Notes: generated from the sequence alone by a model not told the origin. A stretch of DNA of 64,000 nt from Octopus sinensis (GCF_006345805.1 NC_043000.1:108562001-108626000); one strand, 5' to 3'. Positions 11,120 through 24,247 are shown, counted from the stretch's first letter. Translations and numbers: made by a program.

Positions 11120-14100
11120 CAATCTTCAAGAAAAAGTAAAAATAAATATCCTTTAAATTTTGGCTGCTGCAATGTGCACACGCTTCTTGATGTTAATTTC
11201 AACAAGAGTCCAGAAAGGCGTACTGCACATATTGCATGTGAACTTAAGAAATATTCCCTTGATATAGTTGCGCTCTCTGAAACTCATCTCTCTGATGAGG
11301 GTCAAGTAAATGAACCTACTTATGGATATACTATCTTTTGGAGAGGCTTACCTAAGGGTCAGCGTAGAGAATCTGGTGTTGGGTTTGCTCTCAAGAATAC
11401 ATTAGTATCCTCCATTGCAGAGCTTCCAAGTAGTATATCTGAATGGATCATGTCATGCCGTATTAAACTGGAAAAAGGTAGGTTTCTTACTATTGTCAGT
11501 ATCTATGCACCAACAATGTCCCATTCTGATGAAACTGTAGGACAGTTTTATGATGATCTAGCACAATTATTGAGGAAAGTACCAATTTCTAACAAACTGG
11601 TCATTTTAGGAGATTTCAACACAAGAGTTGGAAATGACTGTTTCATGGCCTGTTTTAGGTTGACATGGGATTGAAAAATGCAATAAAAATGGAGTAGATC
11701 TTTTGACATTTTGTATTGAGAATAATCTGGTTGTCACCAACACTGTTTAAGCAGGAAAAAAATATAAAACCACCTGGATGCACCCAAGATCTAAGCACTG
11801 GCATCTCATAGATTATATTCTGATCAGAAAACATGATATGAAAGATGTTTCTGGCGTTTGGACCATGGAAGCAGAGAACTGGATTGACCATCGTTTGGTG
11901 CATGGAAAAATAAACTTTTCGATAATGCCTAAAAGTCAACAGTCTGGTCCTAAGGTACCCAAAAAGTTAAATGTTGCAAACTTCAAATTACCTATCAATT
12001 TGCAAAGATACCACAGTGCTAGAGAAAGTATTAATCTTAACCCAAACGATCTATGGGAAGATTTCAAAACAAAAGTATTTCAGGCTGCGAGTTCGTCAGT
12101 GGGATTTAAATCGCATAAGTCCAGTGACTGGTTCTCAGAAAGATCAGCAGAAACTCATGATCTACTTTTAGAAAAACAAAACTTAGGCAATGCACTTCTT
12201 TCTCAGTCCTTGAACCCCAACTCAAATGAAGCTTACAGAAAGCTGAAAGGGAAAGTGCAGACTACTCTAAGGAAAATTAAACAGGAATGATGGAATGATA
12301 GAGCAAAAGGGGCACAAGAAGCAGCTGATAGAAATGATGCCAAGGGTTTGTACTCTTAAGTTAAGGATGTATGTGACCCAAAATCTTCTTCAATAGCTCC
12401 AGTGAGAACAGTAAATGGATGTTTTCTTCTGACTGACACCGCTTCTATTCGTAAGCGTTGGGTAGAACATTTTTCTTCACTTTTGAATAGACCATCATCC
12501 GCTAACATGGGGACGATAGATAAAAATCAAACACTTTCCAGTTATAGAAGAGATGGCATTTGAACAAACTCTAAATACATTTATCTGTGAATAAGCTGAA
12601 TAACAATAAATCTCCAGGGTCTGATGGAATCTATGCAGAGGTCTTGAAATATGGGGGTGACAAAATGTTTGAACTCTTAAATATATTAATTTGTCACTGT
12701 TGGAGAACTGAGAAAGTGCCTCAAGACTGGATTGATGCCATTTTAGTCTCCTTGTATAAATCGGGGCCAAAGGATCTGTGTGGTAATTTTTGTGGGATTT
12801 TGTTTTTGTCTATGGTTGGAAAGGTACTTGCCTGCATTTTGTTAGCACGTTTAAATACGTTTATAATTCCAGATATACTGTCTGAGTCTCAGTGTGGTTT
12901 TTGTTCTTCTAGGGGCACAGCTGATTGTATTTTTGCTATCAGACAATTACAAGAAAAGTGCATTGAACATGATCTTGTTCTATATCATTGCTTTGTTGAT
13001 TTGAGCAAAGCATTCGATACTGTTAATCGAAATGTTCTGTGGCTAATTCTAAGGAAAATAGGTTGCCCAGAAAAATTTGTAAACATGATCAGGGCTTTGC
13101 ATCAAGATATGAAAGCTAGAGTTAATTTTGGTGGTTGGATCTCTGAATCTTTTGCTGTGGAAAATGGAGTAAAGCAATGAGACCTTGATGCACCCACCCT
13201 CTTTGCAATATACTTTGCTGTTGTGTTCTCACACACTTTTCAAAACTCTGAGGAGGGAATTTTTTTAATCTGACCAGACTGAAATTCAAAATGAAGGTGT
13301 TTACCTCACTCATTAGGCAACTTTTGTACACTGACGATTGCAATCTTGTCAGTCATTCTGAAACCAGGTCTGCAATCTCTTTTATCTGAATTTGACTCAG
13401 CTTGTGATGATTTTGGCTTGACCATCAACTGGAAAAAAACAGTTGTAATGCATCAACCTGCGTGTGGTGCTGTTTGTAACCCCACTAAAATTTTTGTTCA
13501 GGGTAAGTTACTTGAGGTTGTCGATTTGTTCATCTACCTTGGAAGCTCTGTTCAAAATCATGGAAATCTTGATACAGAAATACAGCTGCAAACTTGAAGG
13601 GCAGCAAAAGCATTTGGTGGCCTGGAGTCATGTGTTTGGTGCCAGTGACATATAAATAAGAATACAAAGCTGGCTCTTTACAAATCATTTGTCTTACCAT
13701 CCCTGTTGTATTCCTGTGAAACATGGACTTGTTATGAAAGGCATTTTAAATTGCTTAGAACAATTCCACTAAAAATGCCTTCATTGCGTTTTAAAAATTA
13801 AATGGAGTTCTTTTACTCCAAACACAGATGTCCTGCATCTGCAGGCATCACCTCAATTAAGGCTATAATTTTGAGGAACCAAATGAGATGTTGTGACCAT
13901 ATTGTTTAAATGGCAGATGAATGCATGCCGAAACCTAAAAAAGATTTAAGGACGGCATAAGGACTACTATGAAGTCACTTAGAATGGATGAAGAAGACAT
14001 GGAAATCCTTGCTTTGGATTGAGCTGGATGGCGAACAAAATTGTGGAGTGGAGTGAAAGTATTTGAAGAGGCCACAATGATGCATGCAAGACTGAAAAGA

Positions 14101-14410
14101 GATATAAGGAAGAATGTAACGATTGAGAAGGTGAATGACAATGACCTTTTTGTGTGCACAGTTTGTGACAGACCATGCCTATCTTTTGCTGGCCTCAAAT
14201 CTCATTTGCAATCCCATGGAAAACAAACCTCCGCCAACTAATCTGCCTATATGTCTGTGCATACCTTTGAATGCAGTGTATGCCAGAAGGTTTGCAAATC
14301 CAGTGGAGGCCTCAAAAGGCATGTTAAGATCCACAAAGGTCAGTACTTATCTGCAGCTCTTGGTGGTCCAAGTCAGATGTGCAATCTGTGTGGATATTCT
14401 TTTAAGAACA
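11120..14410 (+). mobile_element. Near full-length degenerate RTE (BovB-like) LINE: APE endonuclease, RT and C-terminal C2H2 fingers
   Basis: APE motifs DIVALSET, SIYAPT, LGDFN and IDYILI; RT motifs KSPGSDGI, SQCGF, FVDLSKAFDTV and LLYTDD; C2H2 fingers at 14155-14334; many stops and frameshifts. Confidence 0.95.
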
Positions 14411-14900
14411 TTATCTGGTGGCTTTTTAATAATTCTTCTATTCTCTGCCTCTACCTCTCTCCTCTCCTGCCATGTGACCGGTGTTCGGCCAAGCCTGACC
14501 TTTCTCTCTTGGTTCAACTACCATCCATGCAACATCTATATTCCTTCCCATGCCTGTTATCCCTTATGTCCCTGCTGTAAGGCTTCACTTCCACACGCAT
14601 CACCTTAATTTAATTCGTCTGTAGCTTTTTAACCCCAGGAGATCATCGTCTCCAGCTGGCTTTAGACACACTTTCTGTGCCCTTAAAGTATTTGCAAAGG
14701 GAGGCCATCCCTTCCTCGTAAGCCTGAGTGATACGCACCGGACCGGTTTCGAGATGATTGTCTCTTATCATCGGGCAGTAATCACCAGGTCACGATGAAA
14801 GACAAGGCCTGTTTACAAAATATATAAGAGTTTTTCTAGTGATGTCTGCCACTGATTTCGAAAAACTGACAGTAAGCATAATTAAATCTCAGAACGAGAT
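14410..14900 (-). mobile_element. Non-coding PLE pLTR-like segment carrying a hammerhead-like motif at 14737-14779
   Basis: Minus strand reads ACTG-C-CCGATGA-TAA-GAGA(CAATCA)TCTC-GAAAC-CG-GT-C-CGGT. The segment interrupts the RTE third zinc finger. Confidence 0.5.
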
Positions 14901-14924
14901 GTAAACAGTAACCGCTCGACAATG

Positions 14925-15245
14925 TAAAGTATGGGCAGGGGCTATGCGGAACTGGTGCAGGAAGCAGCCTGGGTCTTTGCAGTCACAGCATATCTCCAGA
15001 GATTTCGGTCCTTCGTCATTGCCTCTGTGAGGCCCAACACTCTGAGGTCATGCTTGACTACCTCATCCCATGTCTTCCTGATACCTTCAACTGTTTGGGA
15101 GCGGCACTTCTTCACACATCTCTCCTCATCCATCCGCTGTACATGACCATACCATCGCAAGCGTCGCTCTTGCACACCACACCTGATGCTTCTTATGTCC
15201 AGCATTTCTCTCAGGGTGCTTACACTCTGTCGTGCGCACACACTG
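14925..15245 (-). pseudogene. RTE-X LINE ORF C-terminus
   Basis: [31 protein letters not shown]...[31 protein letters not shown]; same C-terminus as 26712 and continuous with the 45116 fragment. Confidence 0.88.
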
Positions 15246-15249
15246 ACAT

Positions 15250-16160
15250 TATATATATATATATGTATATATATATGTATATATATATGTATATATTATG
15301 TATATATATATGTGTATATATATATGTATATATATGTATATGTGTATATATATATGTATATATATGTATATGTATGTATATATATGTATATGTATGTATA
15401 TATATGTATATGTATATATATATATGTATATATATGTATATGTATGTATATATATGTATATGTATGTATATATATGTATATGTATGTATATATATGTATA
15501 TGTATGTATATATATGTATAATGTATATATATATGTATGTATGTATATATATGTATATGTATGTATATATATGTATATGTATGTATATATATGTATATGT
15601 ATGTATATATATGTATATGTATGTATGTATATGTATATATGTATGTATGTATATGTGTATATATATGTATATGTATGTATATATATGTATATGTATATAT
15701 GTATATATATGTATATACGTATATATATGTATATACGTATATATATGTATATATATGTATATGTATATATATATGTATATGTATGTATATATGTATATAT
15801 ATGTATATACGTATATATATGTATATATATGTATATGTATATATATATGTATATGTATATATATGTATATGTATATATATATGTATATGTATATATATGT
15901 ATATGTATATGTATATATATATATGTATATGTATATATATATATGTATATATATATATGTATATGTATATATATATATGTATATATATATATGTATATGT
16001 ATATATATATATGTATATGTATATGTATATATGTATATATATATATATGTATATGTATATATGTATATATATATATGTATATGTATATATATATGTATAT
16101 GTATATATATATGTGTATATGTATATGTATATGTATATATGTATATGTATATATGTAATG

Positions 16161-16192
<32 letters not shown>

Positions 16193-16289
16193 TATATGTA
16201 TATGTATATATATATATGTATATGTATATATATAATATATATATAATATGTGTATATATATATGTATATATATGTATATGTATATATAT

Positions 16290-16331
<42 letters not shown>

Positions 16332-16986
16332 ATATATGTATATATATATGTATTATATATATGTATATATATGTATATGTATATATATGTATATGTATAT
16401 ATATATGTATATATATGTATATATATATGTATATATATGTATATATACGTATATATATATGTATGTATATGTATATATATATGTATATATATGTATATAT
16501 ATATGTATATATATGTATATATATGTATATATATATGTATGTATATATATATGTATATATATATGTATATATATGTATATATATATGTGTATATATATGT
16601 ATATATATATGTATATATATGTATATATATGTGTATATATATGTATATATATGTGTATATATGTGTATATATATGTGTATATATGTGTATATATATGTAT
16701 ATATATGTGTATATATGTGTATATATGTGTATATATGTGTATATATATGTATATATATGTGTATATATATGTATATATATGTGTATATATATGTATATAT
16801 ATGTATATATATGTATATATGTGTATATATATGTATATATATGTGTATATATATGTATATGTATATATATGTGTATATATATGTATATGTATATATATGT
16901 GTATATATATGTATATATATATGTGTATATATATGTATATATATATGTATTTATATATATGTATATATATATGTATTTATATATAC
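15250..16986. repeat. ~1.7-kb degenerate (TA)n/(TATG)n microsatellite
   Basis: Direct reading; source of the YI/MY-rich ORFs. Confidence 0.97.
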
Positions 16987-18230
16987 ATTATTGGAGAATT
17001 GAAGAAATGGAGCTGAACGCAGATTGAACAGAAATCGTTTTATTTCATTCTACACGTGTTTCGAAAGGCACAAATTACCAAAATCCGATTGAATAATGGG
17101 ACCATATTGTGTCTTTCTCTTCAGGAAGAAAAAAGGAAATCCGTTGGAAAAACAAAAACAGAACAGAGGCGGAGCAAAAACAAAAAAAATCGAACTATGC
17201 TCCTAAGAGCCCATGGCGAAACTGTTTATCAGTGTATGTGAGAACCGGTGGCTGAAGAATTCAACGGGTCAGGCATCGGTCAATCATGTGGGTGAGGGTG
17301 TATAGATGTTCTTTGTGACGAGAATAAAGTTCTGATTATTTAAGGAATATTGGATGTTTTATAAGGGGCGAGAAAAAATCTACTTAGGACGTGTGTGTGT
17401 GTATACTGTTCTATATATGGTGTGTTGGCATAGGGGTAGAAAACATTTTTTGTGTACGTGTGTGCGTTTGATCGTTCGGCTGTCAGTGGCTACTTCCATG
17501 ATAACCGTTGGGTGGCAGAAAGAAAAAAAATATATATATATTTATGTTTTATGTGTGTGTGTGTTCATCTAAGCCTGCCTTGTCAAGGAAACCCCCCGCT
17601 GTGAAAAAAACCAAGCCCCGTTTGTCTTACAGGAGTAATTCCCCTTGCAGTGGTTAAACGTATATCTTAAAGGCTATTTCAGAATTTGTTACCAAGGGCT
17701 ATGGGTGCCGGTATTATTTATAAACGCTATTTAAAAAGCCAGATTAGTGTAACGCCGCCAATGGGGGCATCGAAAAGCCGACTGTAAGAGCCCGTTTACC
17801 ATCCGGCCTCTGGCAAACAAAATATGGAAGAGTTCGGAGACACAAAGGTTGCACTGTCTTCTGCCCCTATCAAATGGGAGGGCCACCGACAAAATTGACC
17901 ATTCCAGCCTATAGCTTAAGTTGGTATCCTTCAGTCGCCATATTAGCTTACTGAGTCCCGTGGTCTGGCGCTTGTTCACGTCCCGAAAGTTGCGTAATGG
18001 TTGGAGACACGCAAAGACAATCTTGAGGATGATGCCCCTACATAAGTGAAGACATCTGAGTCCGTGTAAACCTTGCATTGGTAGACGGCGTTTTTGATCT
18101 TGGAGTTCGCCGACGTGAATCTAATCTGCTAGGATTGGTTTCTGAAATTAGAACTGCGTTCCTGTCACTATATTCGTTCCGAGACCTGCAGCCGCTTACT
18201 ACTCTATTTTCCACTACGTCACTATTAACT
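16987..18230 (-). mobile_element. 5'-truncated Penelope-like element: GIY-YIG C-terminus and 3' pLTR
   Basis: Minus strand [34 protein letters not shown], then a frameshift, then RQTTGLSKLIWRLKD...LEWSILSVALPFDRGRRQCNLCVSELFHIL...RCPH. Flanked by TA-type microsatellites. Confidence 0.88.
17043..17131 (-). ncRNA. Canonical type I hammerhead ribozyme
   Basis: Minus strand UUUCUUC-CUGAAGA-GAAAGACACAA(33 nt)UUGUGCCUUUC-GAAA-CACGUGU-A-GAAUGAAA. Core is intact, stem II has 10/11 pairs, and the cleavage triplet is GUA (cut between 17051 and 17050). Confidence 0.85.
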
Positions 18231-18915
18231 ATATATATGTATTTATATATATGTATATATATATGTATTTATATATATGTATATATATGTATATATATGT
18301 ATATATATATGTATTTATATATATGTATATATATATGTATTTATATATATGTATATGTATTTATATATATGTATATATATGTTATATATATGTATATATA
18401 TATGTATTTATTATATGTATATATATGATTTATTATATGTATTAATATGTATATATGTATATATATGTATTTATATATATTATATATATATATTATATGT
18501 ATATATGTATAATATGTATTTATATATATGTATATATGTATTTATATATATGTATATTTTATATATATATGTATATATGTATTTATATATATGTATATTT
18601 ATATATATATGTGTATATATATGTATATATGTATATATGTATTATATATATGTATATATATATTTATATATATGTATTATGTATTTATATATATGTATAT
18701 TTATATATATATGTGTATATATATATATGTTTCTATATATGTTTATATATATATGTTTATATATATATATGTGTATATATATTATGTTTATATATATATG
18801 TGTATATCTATATGTATATATATATATGTGTATATATGTGTGTAATATATTATGTGTGTATATATATATATGTGTGTATATATATATATGTGTGTGTATA
18901 TATATATATATATGT
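18231..18915. repeat. Degenerate (TA)n/(TATG)n microsatellite
   Basis: Direct reading. Confidence 0.97.
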
Positions 18916-18916
18916 A

Positions 18917-20010
18917 TTACTTTCAATCAAAACTTCCGTCTTTCCAACCCACTTCCGGTGAACCTATATAAATAATCACCTCGTGTGCTTATCTTTCATT
19001 CACCCCTTCTTGACCACACAGCGATGATCATAGCAAGCAAGCTAAGAATTCTCATTTCATCTCTTCCTGACTCTTGTACTACACACATACATTTGCTGCT
19101 AACCCTTAAATGTTCGAATCTATTCACTAATTCTGCTGTGTCTTAAAATATAACCCTTTAATTTGTTTATCCCCTCGGTACCAAGTTAATTTGTTCGTTA
19201 CTCTGTTCATTTCTTCAAACCCCGATTGTTTTAAGGCTACTGTCCCCAATCAAAATCTTCGCAGCCCGCCATTCGTTCGCGGTTCGCCCGCCCTCCCACC
19301 CCCCACCACCCATACCGGAGAACACTCTGTTTACACCATCCTCACCGGATATCCCCTCTACCACCGCCACCACTACGTGTGTCTGTTCCTCCTACCCCTC
19401 CTCCTCAATATACTTTCTCATTATGTATTTTACCCCTGCCTCTCTCCCCCTGGACAGAAGCAGCTGGCGCTGCAGCTCATCAAACGTCCCACTTAACCTG
19501 TTATCTTATGTTCCTCCTGTTTTGAAATGTGTCACTGCCTCAACCGGCTATCTCCTTCCAGCCCCCTCCCCCACTCTTGATATCCTACGTTTTACTTCCT
19601 ACTTTTCATTCTGTCTAGAACCTGCCACCAACCCTACCTGTCATCGTTTCTCTTTACCCCAAACCTTCCCCACTGGTGCTCCCCTATATTACATGCACCC
19701 CCACCACTCTCTCTCCCTCTCTTCTCTCTGCCAGAACCCTCCCCCCCCTGCCGCAATGCAACGAAAAAAGGCAATAACCGATCATGGCCGATGCCAGACC
19801 CCTCTGGCACCTGTGCAGGTGGCACGTAAAAAGCACCTACTACACTCGCGGAGTGGTTGGCGTTAGGAAGGGCATCCAGCTGTAGAAAAAACTGCCAGAT
19901 CAGACTGGAGCCTGGGGCAGTCCCTGCTCCCCAGACCCCGGTCCAACCCGTGCTAGCGCAGAAAACGGACGTTAAACGACAATGATGATGATGATGATGA
20001 TGATGATGTA
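18917..20010 (+). mobile_element. Composite non-autonomous retroelement: AT-rich head, C-rich core and RTE-X-type (GAT)n tail
   Basis: Shares gatatcctacgtt, tagaacctg and cccactggtgctcccctatatt motifs, plus the same tail, with 32801-34062. Confidence 0.6.
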
Positions 20011-20019
20011 TGTATGTAC

Positions 20020-23000
20020 AAAGTGAGATAGGGGTTATGAGTGTAACCCACTATGGGATATCATTTATCCAAGATACTGCCAGTAAGGTACCGAAAAGGC
20101 TAATACATAAATGCTTACAATTGCAATGCAATTAGTTCATTTATTGTATTATATGGGCGAAGGTAAAATGTTTTACCTCAAATTCATAATGCAAAATAAG
20201 AAAATGGAGGAATAGATTCCTTTCAATCATCAACCTCCAGATAATACCAATTCATATAATTTATTAACTAATTAATTAAATAGGAACATCCAAATCCAAC
20301 AGAATAAGACAGAATAAAACAATATACATCAATAAGTAAGATAATACCATAAAAATAATACATATAAAATGGATCTTACAGCTGTTTCAGCCTGTAGATA
20401 AAGGTATCTCATTATGCCCATATTAGTCAGATGTATTTAGGTAATATGCAGTTAAAAATGAGTTACTTATATATATATATATACCCAGGCCTCGTCAGAG
20501 ATTATAAAGTACAATTATGAAGATATAAAATGAAGATATGAAATGCAAATATAGATATTAAACAAGGTACACATATACAAATAATGTGTATATATATATA
20601 TAAGTGTATATACACCTACATATACATATATATAAGTATATACATAATAATATACATAAACATAAGGTTACAGTTAATCAAATATATATACTGGAATATA
20701 CATATATATCCACATCAAAGGGTACATATACAAAGTCCAAAGTTCATTGTATTACATTACTAAAAACTATTAATATCATTATTATTATTATTAAGAATAC
20801 CAATAAAGGAATATGTGCATTCTACTATTCACAATACATAGTAGATGGAAAATACCTCATAAAATGTAGTATAATATAATACAGTGTAACACAACATAGT
20901 ATAATGTAATATATCATATTGCATATTGCATATACAATATAGTACAACATAATATATAGACAGATGCATATGGGAGAAGTCAGTACATTAATTCAATAAA
21001 ATAAAATAATGCAATACAATATACAATGTCACAATATACAATGTCATTATATTCATATATCATCCAGCGAAAATCGAAACTTTAGTTTAAATCTGCATAC
21101 ATATATATACACACAGATACCAAATACATGCACATGCATATACATACATGCGCAAAAACATCCATTAATACATATACATATATAAAGATATATAGAGAGA
21201 TTTTATCCTTTTACATCATACAAAAGCTATATGCATGTACATACATAGATTTCACAGATCAATAGGTGAGTGATAGGTCGTAACTGGCCAACAGATTATT
21301 TACAATCTCAAGCTCAATCTAATTGGTTGGCACATTTGAATTTCATTGTCTTAGTTACGGTTAGTTGGTTAAAATACACTTACGTACATACATACATATA
21401 TGCGCACATACACACATACACATAGATAAACATAAGCACGTAAATACACACATACATACATACATACATACGTACATATACATACATATATACACATATA
21501 CACATACCTATAAACACCCACATGCACATACAAATATATATATACATACACATACATACTAATAACTAAAAAAATAATATTATAAACCATTAAAAGTGAA
21601 AACTATGCTAATTCCTAATGTATAAAAAATGGCCTAAAAGGGTAATTCCTAATGTATAAAAAATGGCCTAAAAGGGTAATTCCTAATGTATAAAAAATGA
21701 CCTAAAAGGGTAATTCCTAATGTATAAAAAATGGCCTAAAAGGGTAATTCCTAATGTATAAAAAATGGCCTAAAAGGGTAATTCCTAATGTATAAAAAAT
21801 GGCCTCAAAGGGTAATTCCTAATGTATAAATAATGGCCTAAAAGGGTAATTCCTAATGTATAAAAAATGGCCTAAAAGGGTAATTCCTAATGTATAAAAA
21901 ATGGCCTCAAAGGGTAATTCCTAATGTATAAATAATGGCCTAAAAGGGTAATTCCTAATGTATAAAAAATGGCCTAAAAGGGTAAAAAACGTTAGGATTA
22001 ATATTTGGCAAAGGTTGGAAAATATTCAGACAAAGCTTTCGAAAGAAATAGAAACTATGCAAAACACATTTGACAACATTTAAGGTATAGAAATAGGAAG
22101 AATTCACGATAGATACAGAAATCAAAATTCACCGTGTAAATAAACTGTTACTGTAATGCAAATCCAATTAAACTCGTTGCAAAAGTTAAGTTGTATAAAA
22201 TACCACAATAAAAACGATATATTATGTATCTGACCATATATCATTATCTACTAGTTTAAGTTTATTATTGTTGATATTTTAGAGATCGATTTACAATTTT
22301 AATATTACTCAAAATGTAACTATTCATATTATAATTCAGTATTAATACCTATCCAATTATTTATACTTCCATTTACTAATATAAGTTGGTTATTTAATAT
22401 GAATCCGAGGTTATTCATTATCATATCTATGTACCCCTAAACATAATAGGTAATTTATTATTGATCAAAGGTAATATGATTATATCCTCTTAATTAAAAA
22501 AATGTTAGATCAAAACCAATATCGAGATTGACTGCATACTTAGTTAAAACTAAACAAACAAATATACAGTCCACCCAATACCAATAAACCTGTAAATGCA
22601 ACAACAATCTTAATCCAATATAGGTTAAGGAACATAAGTAAATATATATATGTGCATACATATCTACACTCATATACGTACATAAGCAATCCCATACACA
22701 CGTGCAGACCTATAAACAGCCACACGTATGCATAATATACATATACAATATACAAACAAATACTTATATATACACAGACAAGAACATTCATACATACACA
22801 CATACATATGTACTTATATACCTATATACCCACACATAAATATACATACATATAAGTAACAGATATATACATACACACATATACATAAACACATACATAT
22901 ATATAAAAATATATACTTATACATACACACACACATACATATATACATGTATACATACATTCAAATACATACATACACCCGACTAGAATGAATTGGTATT

Positions 23001-23049
23001 ATCTGGAAGTTGATGATTGAAAGGAATCTATTCCTCCATTTTCTTATTT

Positions 23050-23051
<2 letters not shown>
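20020..23051 (-). mobile_element. ~3-kb non-coding block bounded by near-identical inverted segments; probable non-autonomous PLE derivative
   Basis: 20192-20255 and 22988-23051 are inverted copies (63/64 identical). 20020-20420 recurs inverted at 32085-32500 and carries GAAACAGCTGTA, a hammerhead stem III-like motif. Confidence 0.5.
21611..21984. repeat. 34-bp minisatellite, 11 copies
   Basis: Unit attcctaatgtataaaaaatggcctaaaagggta; units 6-8 and 9-11 share the same variants. Confidence 0.97.
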
Positions 23052-23098
<47 letters not shown>

Positions 23099-23686
23099 AT
23101 GTATATATATATATATAATCAATTAATTCAATAATACCATCAATTTAACACCAAGTGGCTTAGCGCATAAAAACCAGGGATACAATAAAAATTTATACAC
23201 AAATATAAGAGAGTGACCACTATATGGTCGACTCTTGCGCTAAAAATAGATCCACTATGGTATCACCCACAAAAAATTGTTTCCAAGGAGAATCAGCACA
23301 ACATTTAACGTAAACGAGCAGGACAAATGAAAAATAACAAAAATGAAGATTAATTCTAGACAATTGTGTCGCTATTAATATATGCAATTTTACTTATGCT
23401 GGACGGTTTGACTGGAGCTGATGAGCTGCACCATCAGGTTCCAGTCTGATTTGGCATGGTTTCTACAGTTGGATGCCCTTCCTAACATGCCAACCATTCC
23501 AATGGCTTTTACATGCCATGACTATTTACATGACACTGGCAACAACTGCGACAACAACTCATGAGTAAAGGCCATTTGCATGCCATTTGCATGGCACCGG
23601 CAGCAACCGGACAATTCTTGGGTATCATTTGTATGGCACCAGCAACAACTATGACCAATGACCACAATTCCCATTATAGTTTATCT

Positions 23687-24105
23687 TTGGTTCCAATGAA
23701 TTTCAATAAAAATCCTAATTTAGGGAATAGAGCAGGTAAAATCTAGCCTACATATGTTTCCTTGCTATCAGATCCTTGGAAGTAATAATTACTCAACAAG
23801 GAGTACTCCACTAGCTACTCATCAAGCTGAAGATATCTTAGTTACATGAAGGGTTACATTGTCATCTGTTTTTCCAGCTTCACTACTCATTTTAAATCAC
23901 ATCTCCTGCGAGTTATCTTGGGATCTCTTAGCAACAATGTAACCTTTAACTAAGGTATCTTCGGCCTGATGAGTAGCTAGTGGAATATCCCTTGTTGAGT
24001 AAATATTAGTTCCAAGGTTCTGCTAGCTAGGAAATATATGCAGCCTGGATTGTACCTGCTCCATTCTCTCAATTTGGATTTTTATTCACATTCATAGCAG
24101 CCCTA
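23687..24105. mobile_element. Foldback MITE with ~165-bp diverged arms
   Basis: 23700-23862 is the approximate reverse complement of 23933-24090, e.g. actcaacaagg...ccactagctactcatca vs tgatgagtagctagtgg...cttgttgagt. Confidence 0.85.
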
Positions 24106-24247
24106 AATGCTGACCATGAACTATAAAATAAGTTTTTTCAGCCTTCTTCAGCAATAAACTATTATTGTTCCTGAAAGTTGTTTTTTTGTAACCTTCTGTA
24201 GCCTGCTCGAAGCTTACTTACTTCCTTGGATCTTAAAATTACATATC

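Noticed and set aside
15050-17027. Many 230-400 aa ORFs (YIYMYI...)
   Set aside because: They are translations of (TA)/(TATG)n microsatellite with no coding signature; the same applies to the ORFs at 18251-18975, 33815-34984 and 50407-50946
21611-21984. CRISPR-like array (34-bp repeats)
   Set aside because: Units are contiguous with no spacers and there are no cas genes; eukaryotic minisatellite
23966-23990. Hammerhead core ctgatgag in the foldback arm
   Set aside because: No GAAA partner (ggaata) and no convincing stems
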